Source: Leucoraja ocellata
Lineage: Eukaryota
Reading direction: 5' to 3'
DNA length: 64,000 nucleotides
Assembly (NCBI GenBank): GCA_036785375.1
Contig: JAWMAR010000081.1
Span: forward strand, 3,658,001 to 3,722,000
Shown: piece by piece, positions 35,662 to 49,395 of the stretch
Layout of the letters: the number at the start of each line of letters is the position of its first letter
How positions within the stretch are numbered: the first letter of the stretch is position 1
Notes under the pieces: generated by a model
The model's database searches: none
What the model was told of the DNA's origin: nothing
The model's input: the letters and a program-made list of their open reading frames with translations, nothing else
Program-made: the position numbers and the translations under genes

Positions 35662-38156
35662 TGTCACATCTTCGCCTCAGATGTGGAATAATAATAATAC
35701 TGACACAATATTTGCAGGTTACATTCCTTGGTCTCCATGTTTATTATCTCACCCAGCCATCGCCTCCTGCCTTGGCTTACACAGTGCACATGCGATTTGA
35801 CCTCCAAATCAGCTGATACAAAGGTCAAGATATTTGCATATCATCAACATGACTCATCGTCATGACATCCCTCCTTTACCAGAATTAAACTTTAAATTAA
35901 TATGTGTTCTTTCTAATTCTTACAAAACATATTTGTGTTTTCATTTGTGCTCCAATAAATCACGAAACAGATGCATTACAACCACAAAACAATGCAACTT
36001 GTAACCTTAATAAACTCCTTGCTCATAATAAACAGTATCATAATAAACAGTATCATAATCTATAACACAAATCGTATTGATTGGGAATTCTCTTTTCACG
36101 GTTTGGCCTACCAGCTGGCACAGAAGCATCAGAGTCTGTTGAATCTGCCAAAGTGTTGTCACCCAGACACCTTCTCTGCTCACCATTTGCGTTGCAGCGT
36201 GCTGCCTCTGGAACTCTGGTCACCACCTCGGAAATGTTGTCTAGCCCCTCTGAATCAGCAGCTCTTGGTGGATTTTGGGCCACCTCCTTTTGTGCGTCCC
36301 TGGACATGGAATTATTGACGCTTGATACATTTCTCTTGTAGATAACAACTTCTGGAGACATGACAGTCACCAAGCTGCTGCTCCTCGATACAACATTGTA
36401 TGGCTGGCGATGGTAAGGAGAGTCTATCTTACCGCCATCATCTCGCCTCACAAGCATATCATCACCAGGCATTATTTCAGAGTGCCTGGCTCCTCGTTTC
36501 AAGTCAGCACAACATTTTGCCGCACCTTTCTTTACGGCATCACAATCTCTCATCTCCTGGTCTTCCATCATCTCTCGCACTTCTGGTATTTTAGTACGAA
36601 TTTTCCTTCCAAACAAGGCTTCTGCTGGACTTTTCCCTGTCGTTTAGTGAGCGATCGCCCGATATACAGCTACGTATGCGAACTGTGCCTCCTTCCAGTT
36701 TTTCCCTTCGGCATGGGGAATTGGTATCCTCTTCTCTATGGACTGGTTTTGTCTCTCTACTTCTCCGTTAGCTTGTGGCCATTTCGGAGTCACCTTGTGA
36801 TGATGGATGCCTGTGATTCTCATGTTATTCAGCAAACGTCTCAAACAAACTGTGGCCCATTGTCGGAGTACAATGTAACAGGCAACCTGTGTCTGGCGAA
36901 GATCTCTGCTAATGCCTATACAGTCTTTTCTGCTGTAGTTAACTTCATCATTGCATACTCGTAGTACCTACTATAGTAGCCTACCATTACCATAATTGAT
37001 TCACCTGTTGGGAGTGGTCCAAGAAAGTCAACAGCTACATCAACCCATGGTCCTGTTGGCAACTTTGTACTTCTAATTGGTTCTGGTGGGTTGCTCCTGC
37101 TTGTGATTTGGCATCCGTGACAGGTCTTGACAAATTTTCCGGCATCTTTCTCACAACCTGGCTACCACACTATGCTCCACAAATTCTGTTTAGTACTGAC
37201 AATGCCTAAATGTCCTTCATGAGCCAATGACACGATTCTTGGGCGTAGTGCCTGCGGGATCACCAATCTGCTATCTCTCAGCACACACTGACCAATTACA
37301 TCTTTTATGGGAACATATGTTTTGTAAGGGCATTGATCCCATTGCCCACTGTGAATATGCTCTCTGATATCTTTGAGTTCAGGATCATGTTCTGATTCCG
37401 TTTCAACTTCCTTCGTTGTCATGGCTCCTGGCATTGACTGAATTGCGACGAATCGCAAAAAGTTCACTGCTTCCCTTTCTAGCGTAGATGTTGCTCCCAG
37501 CTGTTCATCCTTCAACAGTCTCGACAGCGGATCCGCGATGTTTGCTTTCCCAGCAATGTGGACTACTTTGTACTTGTACTGTTGTAGTCTCAGCACCCAG
37601 TGTTCTATTCTGGCACATGGCTTAGACCTTGTCAAATAGATCACTTCCAGTGGCTTGTGATCTGTAACAAGTTCAAATTCAATGCCGTACAAGTACGCAT
37701 GGAACCTTTCACAGGGCCACACTAGTCCCAGTGCTTCATTCTCTGTTTGAGAATACCTTCTCTCCACGCTGGTTAACGAACACCTGGCATATGCTATGAT
37801 TCTGGACTCATCTACATGTGTTTTTACCAACAGTGCTCCCAAGCCGACCGGACTAGCATCTGCTATGACTTTTGTTGGTGCAACTGGATCATAATATCCA
37901 AGGGTTTCTGCACTCATTAGACTCTGTTTCAGTAATTTGGATGCCTGTCTCTTCACTACCAAACTGAATCGGTACGTCTTTCCTGGTCAATTTTCTCAGC
38001 GGATCTGCCAGTGTAGCAAAATTTGCAATAAAATATCTCACCCAGCCATGGCCTCCTGCCTTGGCTTCCAAAGTGCACATGCTCTCTGACCTCCAAGTCA
38101 GCCGATACAAAGGTCAAGATATTTGCATATCATCATCATGACTCATCGACATGACA
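35662..38156 (-). mobile_element. Internally deleted Ty3/Gypsy LTR retrotransposon (RNase H and integrase remnants)
   Basis: TGTCA...TGACA termini and 5-bp TSD ATCTC (35657-35661, 38157-38161). 3' LTR 35662-35867 preceded by PPT AAAGGAGGGA. 5' LTR remnant 38034-38156. ADASPVGLGA, ERRYSQTE, TDHKPL, AHEGHLG...CHGC, VDFLGP and PQANGEVER, with stops and frameshifts. Confidence 0.92.
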
Positions 38157-38194
38157 ATCTCCAGTCCATCTTTTTCCCCTAACAGAAAACACTG

Positions 38195-38640
38195 CTCCAT
38201 CACAGGAACAGCTCCCTCCTCTATTGAAAACACCTACATGATGCATTGCATCAAGAAGGTGGTATCTATCATCAGAGACCCCTACCATTTGGGCCATGCC
38301 CTCTACTCACTGCTACCATTAGGCAGGAGGTACTGAAGTCACATACCACCAGGGTCAGGAACAGATACTTTCCTACAACTATCAGGTCTTGAACTAACCT
38401 GCACAAAACTAAACTTGCCCCAACGACACAACGCTACAGACCACCACTTGCACTACACAAGACTTTATCTGATTGCGTTTTGCACAAATACCCTTTTCTC
38501 ACAATTTTCTTTCCTTTGGAGGATATTAATTTATGTATAATTAGTTTTTGTGTGTTGTCTGAGTCCGTGTGTCTGTGATGTTGTTGTATTATGCCAGTTC
38601 CTCACCGGACTTGTGCATATGACAATAAACTAGACTTTAC
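38195..38640 (+). mobile_element. Old Rex/Babar LINE 3' end
   Basis: IIRDPYHLGHALYSLLPLGRRY plus a tgacaataaactagact tail. Confidence 0.7.
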
Positions 38641-41339
38641 TGTCATATGCATAGGTCATGAACTGACCTACCAAAAATAAATTAAATTGCATAATTTGGG
38701 ACAGAATCGTTCAAAAGTATGGAGGTTATGCTTCAGTTACTTGGGTTTTCGGTAAGACCACATCTCAAGTATGGCATTAGAGACCATAGATTCTGTAAAT
38801 AGGATGTTTCCATTAAAAGTAATGTTTTACTGTACTGATAAATGATTGATAATGTTAGGCCAGTGTCACTCAGAATATTCTGCAACATAGACCCAGAGAT
38901 GTTGCCTTATACTGAGGACAGTTGGCCAATTGTGGCCACACCCAAATTGCCAGTGTTACTGATGCACAATCACTGCCATGTAACCATGTTAAAGGGGAGC
39001 GCATTGTTGAAGTTTTCCTGTAATTTATCATCTAAATTTTCATTCTAAACTTTCATCTAGAATGCATTTCCTTGGCATCAGCCTAAGACTTGAGCAGACA
39101 GCAACTTCTGATTCATGCCTCATGGTTTTCCTCTAGTCAAAATTGATTTTCTCTTGGCGATTCCAATTCCCCTACTTATTATTACTCACGCCCAATCTAC
39201 CGCTGTAATACTTTTCCGATGTGCTTGTATCCAAAAGATATTCAACACAAACTAAACTGCCCACAAATTGTCTAGCCAGCACCCTCCTCTTTTCTTTAAA
39301 ACAAGCGTGTCTGCAACTGGATCAAGCTATTGTTAACAACTTGGTGTAATTCAACCACAAAGTGAAAAGACAAGCAAACTATGCAAATCATTTGGCTGAG
39401 GAATTTCCAAATAATCAATCACGTTAAACTGGCAAGCGGGTACACTGCTGCTCAGAGCCTGAAGTTCTCGTTTTTGTTCTGAGAGGGGGCTCCACGATAA
39501 TTTTCGTAATGGTTTTAAATTTCATGTTAACCATGTTTTAGGATTATACCACAAAGATTATTTTTGAACAGAAACGCTTATTAGATATTGTTACACAAAC
39601 AGGCTACTTCCTAATGGCGCTCTGGAGCCATTGACATGTCATTCTCTCTTTGAAGAACTGTTTTGTCCCTTGCCTATAACAATAATCTCTTGATACCTCA
39701 ATGGTTGGGGTCTTGTGGAAATACCACAAATATTGCCCTATGACTATATGGCATAATGCATCATTACAACAATATCTATTACTTGAATCAAAATCCTTCT
39801 CTCTCAACTATTTAAATAGTGAAAACCTAAGGTTAGTTTCAACCCGCTGTTACAGAAGATACTGCAAATATTTATTATATAACATTGTACTTTAGCTATT
39901 AAGTCAGATCATCCAAGCTTACTCTATATGTGAAGGACATGAATTGTATTCAGTGTCATGTTGTACTACATCCGTGCATCTACAGTGCAATGGCGAAACA
40001 TGGTTGACGAGATGAAGAGCTGAGATAGAACTCGCCAGCAAGATACAGGAAAATCCCAAGGTAAATTAAGGGAGAAAGTAGGTTCTCGTAATGATCAGCG
40101 TGATCATCTACGTGAGGAGCCACAGAAGATGGGTGAGATTTTAAATGAATATTTCTCATCCGTTTCTATTTGGGGAAGATTATAGAAGCTAAGAGATTTA
40201 GGGAAAAAAGTTGTGATGAATTGGACCGCATACACATTACCAAAGAAGAGGTGTTGGGTTTCTTAAAACACATTGAGGATAAATCCCCAGGTTCTGAAAT
40301 CCCAACCTGCCCAATTAGACCAGATCTTAGCATATCTGCAAACTTGCATGATTTCCAACCATTTCACTAGTTTCTGACAATCTTTATGAAATACTAAATA
40401 TGAAGTAGAACAGTGTATGCTCTGTAAAGCATTCAATTTTCCTGTTAAGCCCTTTTTCCCCATTTCAGTTCACTTTTTGGCTAACCTTCACAAAGTTGCC
40501 ACCACTGTATTGATGTCCGTGCCGAATTTTAAACTGCTAGTCAGACTGAATTAATGATGGACAAAATGGGGATTTGAATGGTAACACCTTCCCTTTCAGT
40601 GCAATTTCTTCTCCCTTGAACAGTTCTTCCATTTACAAGTCTACACAGAAGAACTCTGTAAAAATCGAAGCAAGCAGAATAGAAAATGCAGGTCTATCTT
40701 AATCTTAATTAGAAACTGTTCTTGGAGATGGAATCTGCAGTGATGAAGGTCAGATTGCGAATCACAGCTGCTGTTTGCCAAGAAAAAGCTGTTTCCCAAT
40801 TCCACTGCTTTGATTCACACAGGAAGATTTCATTAAACATAGTCAAAGCAATCCAGAAAAAGATTTTTGTCAATGATCCCTTTGTGAGTGTTGTACTCTT
40901 TTTTTTTAATCATTTTCTCCCTTTCCACACCAAATTGAAGAATTCAAGGTCATCGGGTTAGAACAAATTGATTGAGGAACAATGATGCAAGAGTTACGTT
41001 TCTTGGAGGAATTCATATATTGTTAATAGAATAAAAATATAATGATCAGTAACATTGGAATGGGACTGAACTAACAGTAGTCAATAGTATCTGAACCAGC
41101 AAACTGCCCTCTACAGCTAATCTATGGCATATGTTTATGGAAAAAGCAACAGAGAAATAATGTAATTGGAATGAAGAATAGTTATTAGGAACCAGGTCCA
41201 ATTCTAAAATGGGTAGTCCGTGTAAGAAGCTAAAAAATCTGACACATGTACGGAGATCCTTAAGACTACCTTCAGCAGAGATGGGACTATCAATCTGCTC
41301 TTGGCAGTGGAATTATTATTGAAATGCCATAGAGGTACA

Positions 41340-41525
41340 AACAAGGAACTGAAGATGCTGATTTACACAAAAAGACACAAAGTGCTGGAGTAACTCAGCA
41401 GGGCAGATGGCATCCCTGGAGAACATGCATCGGTGACGTTTTGGATCGATCTGCCCTAAAACATCACCTATCCATGTTCTCCAGTAATGCTGCCTGACCC
41501 GCTGCGTTATTCTACCACGTTATGT
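41340..41525. mobile_element. Fold-back pLTR fragment, ribozyme core deleted
   Basis: acaaggaactg-agatgctg...gtgacgttt then the inverted aaacatcacctatccatgttctccag... Confidence 0.7.
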
Positions 41526-42215
41526 TTCAGCGGTATATTTTTGACTTGTCAGCTGAATTTTTCACACCTTGGGATACCTGTTGGATATAAGGAAACAAGA
41601 GCTGCATCAATGAGGTCTTTATATCGCTGCTTGGGGGCTTGAAGGAACAGGAGTAATTCCTAAACGGTCCACAAGCAACCCCATATACTCTACAAACAAT
41701 CTGTCCACATCCCCCCCCCCCCCCCCCCACCCCCAATACCCACCCCCTCGTGAATCTCTCCAACCATCACTTAGGAAAAATATCCCAACCTTTTCTCATG
41801 TAGTTTGTGCTAATTAGAGGACACATTCCACAACATCATGCACCGATTTACAGTGATTTCAATTTCATAGAGCTACTGTTATCGTCATAGAGCTGTCATT
41901 ATTGCTTGAGCTTTGGAAAACATGACATCTCGGTCAAGCAACTTAAAATTTCCAGATTTCACTGGTCTCAATACAAAATCCAGGCCTATAAACTTATTCT
42001 AGGTATCTGATGAGGAATTTATAGTCATTCAACATTTTCCATGTGCTTTTGTCACATGAAATTTTCCTTTGCATCAATTGCTTATTTTTAAACGAACATG
42101 GTATGAGGTGCTCATGGCTGCATTACAAATAGTTGACAGGGTACATTTCAGTTTGCATTTATGGGGTGAATTGCAAAAAACATTACTTGTCCCTCCACTA
42201 CAAAGAAACTACAAA

Positions 42216-44865
42216 GACCCCCAAATAGTAGCCCGGATATAGGGAGTGTTGCAGCAGGAGTTAAAACTGGCATGCAACAAAGGTAATGCCACTGTAGTGA
42301 TGGGGGATTTCAATATGCAGTTAGACTGGGGAAATCAGGTTGGTTCAGGACCCCAAGAAGGAGCGTTTGTAGAGTGCCTCCGAGATGGATTCTTGGAGCA
42401 GCTTGTAATGGAGCTGACCAGAGAAAAGGCAATTCTGGATTTAGTGTTGTCCAATGAACCAGATTTGATAAGAGAACTCGAGGTAAAGGAACCGCTTGGA
42501 GGTAGTGATCATAATATGATTAGTTTTAACCTGCAATTTGAGAAAGAGAAGGTTAAATCGGAAGTGTCAGTGATGCAGTTGAACAAAGGGGACTATGAAG
42601 GCATGAGAGAGGAGCTGGCCAAGGTAGACTGGAAAGGGATACTAGCAGGAATGACGGTGGAACAGCAATGGCAGGAATTTCTGGGCATAATCCGGAAGAC
42701 GCAGGATCATTTCATTCCAAAAAGGAAGAAAGATTCTAAGGGAAGTAGGAGCAACCGTGGCTGACAAGAGAAGTTAGGGATTGAATAAAACCAAAAGAAA
42801 AGATGTATAACACAGCAAAGAGTAGCCGGAAGCCAGAGGATTGTGAAACTTTCATAGGACAACAGAAGGAAACAAAATGGGCAATACGGGCTGAAAAGAT
42901 AAAGTACGAGGGGAAGCTGGCCAGGAATGTAAAGACGGACAGTAAAACCTTCTTTAGATATGTTAAGGGAAAAAGAGTAGCAAAGTCAAATGTGGGTCCC
43001 TTGAAGGCAGACACGGGTAAAATTATTATGGGGAACAAGGAAATGGCAGAAGAGTTGAACAGGTAATTTGGATCTGTCTTCACTAAGGAAGACACAAACA
43101 ATCTCCCAGAAGTACGGGAGGACAGAGGATCTAAGGGGGTCGAGGAACTGAAAGAAATTTTCATTAGGCGAGAAATAGTATTGGGTAGGCTAATGGGACT
43201 GAAGGATGATAAATCCCCTGGGCCTGATGGTCTGCATCCCAGGGTCCTCAGGGAGGTGGCTCTAGAAATAGTGGACGCATTGGTGATCATTTTCCAATGT
43301 TCAATAGATTCAGGATCAGTTCCTGTGGATTGGAGGATAGCTAATGTTATCCCATTTTTCAAGAAAGGAGCGAGAGAGAAAACGGGGAATTACAGACCAG
43401 TTAGCCTGACTTCGGTGGTGGGAAAGATGCTGGAGTCAATTATTAAAGAGGTAATAATGGGGCATTTGGATAGCAGTAAAAGGATTATTGCAAGTCAAAA
43501 TGGATTTATGAAAGGAAAATCATGCTTGACTAATCTTCTGGAATTTTTTGAGGATGTGACAAGTAAAACGGATGAAGGGGTGCCAGTGGATGTAGTGTAT
43601 CTAGACTTTCAGAAAGCCTTTGATCATGTCCCGCACGGGAGACTGGTAACTAAAATTAGAGCACATGGTATTGGGGGTAGGGTGTTGACGTAGATAGAAA
43701 ATTGGTTGGCAAACATGAAGCAAAGAGTAGGAGTGAACGGGTCCTTTTCAGAATGGCAGGCAGTGGCGAGTGGAGTGCCGCAAGGGCCGCAACTGTTTAC
43801 CATATATATTACTGATTTGGAAGAGGGAATTAGGAGCAACACTGGCAAGTTTGCGGATGACACAAAACTGGATGTGCAGAGGACGTTAGGAGGTTGCAGG
43901 GTGACCTGGACAGGTTGAGTGAGTGGGCAGATGCGTGGCAGATGCAGTATAATATAGATAAATGTGAGGTTATCCACTTTGGTGTCAAAAACAAGGGGAA
44001 AGATTATTATCTCAATGGGGTTAGGTTAGGTAAGGGGGAGGTACAGCGAGACCTGGGTGTCCTTGTACACCGGTCACTAAAAGTTGTCATGCAGGTACAG
44101 CAGGCAGTGAAGAAAGCTAATGGAATGTTGGCCTTCATAACAAGAGGATTTCAGTATAGGAGTAGAGAGGTTCTTCTGCAGTTGTATAGGGCTGTGGTAA
44201 GACCACATCTTCAAGATTCAAGAGAGTTTATTGTCATGTGTCCATGATAGGACAATGCTTGCTTTGCTTCAGCACAACGGAACATAGTAGGCATTGACTA
44301 CAAAACAGATCAGTGTGTCCATATACCTTTATAAAAACATCTGGAGTATTGCGCACAGTTTTGGTCTCCCAATTTGAGGGACAGCCTTGTGATTGAGGCA
44401 GTGCAGCGTAGTTTCACGAGATTGATCCCTGGGATGGCGGGACTGTCATATGAGGACAGATTGAAAAGACTAGGCTTATATTCACTGGAGTTTAGAAGAG
44501 GGGGGATCTTATAGAAACATATAAAATTATAAAGGGACTGGATAAGCTAGATGCAGGAAAAGAATAAAAAGAAACAGTCTTAGAATAAAGTGGAGGTCAT
44601 TTAAGGCTGAGGTGAGAAAACGTTTTCACCCAGAGAGTTGTGAATTTGTGGAATTCCCTGCCACAGAGGGCAGTGGAGGCCAAATCACTGGATGGATTTA
44701 AGAGAGAGTTAGATAGAGCTCTAGGGGCTAGTGGAATCAAGGGATATGGGGAGAAGGCAGGCACGGGTTATTGATTGGGGACGATCAGCCATGATCGCAA
44801 TGAATGGCGGTGCTGGCTCGAAGGGCCGAATGGCCTCCTCCTGCACCTTTTTTCTATGTTTCTAT
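42216..44865 (+). mobile_element. CR1 LINE ORF2 remnant (AP endonuclease end, RT, 3' UTR)
   Basis: VVMGDFN, LDLVL, LGGSDH, KSPGPDG, NYRPVSLTS, YLDFQKAFD and KFADD, with several stops and frameshifts. tttctatg tail. Confidence 0.95.
44211..44336 (-). mobile_element. Short retroposon 3' end nested in CR1
   Basis: On - ends gacaataaactctcttgaatcttga. Flanked by duplicated acatct, and the CR1 frame (RPHL|EYCAQFWSP) resumes afterwards. Confidence 0.7.
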
Positions 44866-45339
44866 TTTTGTAAACATGGTTAGGTCATCCATCATGTACC
44901 CTAGTCCACAGTCTGCACCCTCTTATAATTTTGTATACCTCAGTCTCTCTTGCTCCTATGAAAGCAAGCCTGGTCTATGCAATCTCTCCTCATAACCAAA
45001 TCATTCCTGCCCAGGCAGCAGCTAATGCGTCCCCATTACACCAGTGTAATCCCATCATTTCTAGTGATCAAAAATGCATAAAATATTCTTCTAGTGGCCT
45101 AACTAATGTTTTATAAAGTTGTAACAAATCCTCCCCAAACTAATATTGTATTCCAGCTAATAAAGGCAAACATTCTTTACGCATTCTTCAACACTCTTTT
45201 TATATGTTCTGCCACCTTCAAGGATTCCTAGACTTGTACACCACGGTTCCTCAATGCTACCTTGAGCCATGCTTTTCATGCCGTACCCTTACTTGGTTCA
45301 GTCAGTATTAACCCCAGTCTTACTGAGACATTACATAGC

Positions 45340-46070
45340 AACATTTCAGCTTTTATAGCAGGATGTAGATCAGATGGAAAGTTGGGCAGACCATTGACAG
45401 ATTGAATTTAATCCTCACAAGTATGAGATCTTGTAGTTTGGGAAGTTAATAGGGGTGGGTTACATACAATAAGTGGTAGGGAACCAAGGAAGTTAATGAA
45501 CAGAGGAATCTTGAGATTGAAATCATAGTTCCGTGTAAGTGTCAACAATGAACAATATTGTGGGGAGAAAGGAATGTGGCATGCTTACCTTCATGTGGCA
45601 TAAAATACAAAGGTTAGGGCGTTGTAACGTTACAAAGATTAGACTACACTTAAAGTATGTGCAGTTCTGGTCACTACACAATAGAAAGGACGTAGTCGTG
45701 CTGCAGAGAGTACAGAAGAGATTCAACACAATGTTGCCTGGATTGGAGGAGTTTAGTTATAAGGAGACATTGGATAGACTGGGCATGTTTTGCCCGGAGC
45801 AAGCAAGTCAACGGGATAACCTGATAGAGGTATATATAAGAGACATAGTCAAAATCTTTTTCCCTTGGTACGGCTATCAAAAACAAGAGAGCATAAGTTT
45901 AAAGTGCGAGAAAGGGGTTTTGAAGATAATTTGTGGGAAAAGCTATTACCCACAGAGAGTGGTTGATATCTGGAACAATGATTATGCTCAAGAGACATTT
46001 AGGCAGATACTTAAATAGGCAAAGCATACAGGGGTACAGGCCTAGTAAGAAGAAATTGAATTAATGCAGA
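45340..46070 (+). mobile_element. Old CR1 RT 3' fragment
   Basis: RLHLKYVQFWS...RKDVVVLQRVQKRF...LPGL, PQRVVDIWN. Confidence 0.8.
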
Positions 46071-46624
46071 AGAGGGGAAAAAATATGGAATTATTGTAGA
46101 CGGGCAATTATTAGAGCCATGGGGTTGTACAGCATAGTAACAAGCTCTTTGGCCTGCCACGTCTATGTCAACGAGTTTGTTTCTATACTCTCTGGCTCTA
46201 ATAATTGCTCAAGTGAAATAGTTAACACTTGACAAATAAATATTTAGCCTTCATACAATCTGTAATCATATCTATTGAAGCATCCACAATTGTAAGTAAC
46301 ATTCAGATTGATCATTTTTCATCAATTACCACGCTGAAACATTAACTGTGTTTCTCTCTCCACAGATACTGCCCAATCCTGTGGAGTAGTTACAACATTT
46401 TCTAGTTATATTTCAGATTTCCAACATCTACAGTTTGTTGCTATTTAGCTGCAGACAAGCAGATGCTGCTTTAAGTTCTTTGTATTACAAAATTGAGAAT
46501 GAAATACAGTTAAAGCCAACAAATCTCGTGTTATCAATTTAGAGGAAGCTGTTCATGGGGGAAGTAAATTGGCTCTATCCATTTTAACTATTTGAAACAT
46601 GTTTTTCAAATGCTATTCTTATGA

Positions 46625-47265
46625 TCATAGATAGTCATGGAGTGATACAGTGTGGAATTAGCCCTTCAGCCCAACTTGCCCACACTGGCCAACATGTCCC
46701 AGCTACACTAGTCCCACCTGCCTGTGTTTGGTCCATATCCCTCCAAACCTGTCCTATCCATGTACCTGTCTAACTGTTTCTTACCTCCTCTGGCAACTTG
46801 TTCCATACACCCTCCACCGAAAAGTTACCCCTCAGATTCCTATTAAATCTTTTCCCCTACATCTTAAACCTATGTCCTCTGGTCCTTGATTCACCTACAC
46901 TGGGCAAGAGATGCTGTGCATCTACCAAATCAACAGTATTCCTCTCATGATTTTATACACCTCTATAAGATCACCCCTCATCGTCCTGTGCTCCAGGGAA
47001 TAGAGTCCCAGCGTACTCAACCTCTCCCTATAATTCAGACCCTTTAGTCCTGGCAACATCCTTGTAAATCTTCTCTGTACCCTTTCCAGCTTGACAACAT
47101 CTGTCCTACAACATGGTGCCCAGAACTGAACATAATACTCAAAATGTGGCCTCACTAACGTCTTATACAACTGCAACATGACCTCCCAACTTCTATACTC
47201 AATACTCTGACTGATGTCAATACTATGACTGATGAAGGCCAATGTACCAAAAGCTTTTTTGACTA
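46625..47265 (-). mobile_element. CR1 3' fragment
   Basis: VKKAFGTLAFIS...IEYRSWEVMLQLYKTLVRPH...RGDLIEVYKIMRG. Confidence 0.9.
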
Positions 47266-48081
47266 AGATACTTCTTATTATCCATGGGATCTGGTTTTCC
47301 AGCCACCAAATGCATCTCTCTTTGGATGGAAACAACCATTATCCTGCAAAATCTATCCAGCACAACCCAATTCCAGTTCAATTTGCCCAAATATGAAGCT
47401 TTTGAGTAAGCTATTACATTTTCCGGATATTTCCTGTGTTCTAGACAGTAAAGAATTTTTCCTATCTGGAATTTCTGCTAATTTTACTTTCTAAGAAATA
47501 GAAATTCAAGTAGTGCTGGTATGTTTTTTTAAACCTGTTCACTTCTATTCATTAGGGGTACAAATTATGAAATGGAGAAGGCCAACCTCAGTCTTGAGCC
47601 TTTTTCTAGTTCACGTAAAAATGGCAGTGCAAAGAAAAATAAATCGTTATCAGAAGCTGGCTGCTGCTAATCTCACATTTTGGATCCCTTTCCCAAACAG
47701 GGACTGGAGAACTTAGCTTTACTTTTTAAGGTTGTTCCCTAATGAAACGTTTTGTTAACCAGTTCCTGTGCTGAAAAGACTATGGCTGCTGGGTGAGTCA
47801 GGCCTTGAGCTCAGTTGAGAAAGCAGCAATGTTGGCACCCTGGATAAATTGTCCACCTGGGCTCTTAAACATTTGCTGGTCATTTGATCAAAGCCATGAA
47901 AGAAACACCAGCCTAGATCATGAACATAAAATAAATTGGGAGTTAAAGTCTGCTCGCAAGATGTTACCATTTTTTTAAAAGGGAAAAATAGATCTCAAAC
48001 CATGATGTCATTACTTCACTGTTCCCTTCCACCATTTGATACTTTCTAGCTTTTCAACAGGACATTTCAGCATTGAGCATG

Positions 48082-48490
48082 TTGAGAAGATTGAGAGGGG
48101 ATCTTATAGAAACTTACAAAATTCTTAAGGGGTTGGACAGGCTAGATGCAGGAAGATTGTTCCCGATGTTGGGGAAGTCCAGGACAAGGGGTCACAGCTT
48201 AAGGATAAAGGGGAAATCCTTTAAAACCGAGATGAGAAGAACTTTTTTCACGCAGAGAGTGGTGAATCTCTGGAACTCTCTGCCACAGAGGGTAGTTGAG
48301 GCCACTTCATTGGCTATATTTAAGAGGGAGTTAGATGTGGCCCTTGTGGCTAAGGGGATCAGGGGGTATGGCGAGAAGGCAGGTACGGGATACTGAGTTG
48401 GATGATCAGCCATGATCATATTGAATGGCGGTGCAGGCTCGAAATGCCGAATGGCCTACTCCTGCACCTAATTTCTATGTTTCTATGTTA
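48082..48490 (+). mobile_element. Young CR1 3' end
   Basis: RRLRGDLIETYKILKG...FFTQRVVNLWNSLP...GTGY*, (tttctatg)2 tail. Nearly identical to 62365-62790. Confidence 0.92.
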
Positions 48491-48519
48491 TCTTGCTACC
48501 CACTCAAACACCAGAAGTG

Positions 48520-48895
48520 ACAAGGAACTGCAGATGCTGGAAAATCGAAGGGAGACAGAAATGCTGGAGAAACTCAGAGGGTGAGGCAGCATCTATGGAA
48601 CAAAGGAAATAGGCATGATCTTCTATCTCACCTAGAAGGACTTTCAGGGTCCCTGGATGGAAGCAAGGGAGGAGGTATAGGGAAAGGTGATACGTCTCTT
48701 GCGGTTGCAGAGGAAAGTACCTGGGGAGGAGGTGATTTGTGTGGGAAGGGATGGGTGAACTAAGGGGTTGTGAAGGAAGTGGGCTGCAGAAGGCTGGAGA
48801 TGGGAAGATGTGTGGTGGCAGGATCACATTGGAGGTAGATGTCGGAAGATGATGTGTTGGATACAGAGGCCGGTGGGATGCAAGATGACCAGGCC
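48520..48895 (-). mobile_element. Penelope-like fragments (coding remnant plus pLTR)
   Basis: Similar on - to 500-700 and 3550-3790, and to the pLTR sequence. Confidence 0.7.
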
Positions 48896-49272
48896 ACCAC
48901 CTATAGGTAGGCTCATTGCCTCTTCCGCATCATCAGACCTCTGTGAAAACCACATGAGCAGGCTGGAAATAGATTGGTACTGGAGTTAAAATGTTTTGCA
49001 TTTTCATATCTCATAATAGCCAAATTCTCAGCCAAAGGTGAAAGTTTGACCACGGTCTCCATTTTCAAATGGAATACCTCCTTGACACCTTTAGACTTTA
49101 GGCACACAGCGAGGAAACAAGCCCTTCAGCCCACACCAGTACTATCCTACACATTAGGGATATTTTACAATTTACAGATGCCAATTAACCTACGTGACGT
49201 TTTGGTGCAGGAGAAAACCAGAGCACCCAGAGAAAACCCACGGGGTTACAGGGAGAACAGTATTTTTCTTAC

Positions 49273-49374
49273 CTGGCAAGAGTTGCACCCAACAGGGCTG
49301 TTATAACCACAAGTCGTGTGAAGAGTGAAAGCAGTGGATCACATTTAAAGGATTGCCAGCAGTTCAGAACCAAC
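49273..49374 (-). other. Candidate non-coding 5' UTR exon of COL8A1
   Basis: A 102-nt unique island between two repeats, bounded on - by tttattctgtag|G and CAG|gtaaga. Confidence 0.4.
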
Positions 49375-49395
49375 CTACAGAATAAATGGATATCA

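Noticed and set aside
37162-37962. 266-aa ORF as a host or domesticated gene
   Set aside because: It is the Gypsy RNase H/integrase segment, with flanking stops and frameshifts inside a TSD-bounded element.
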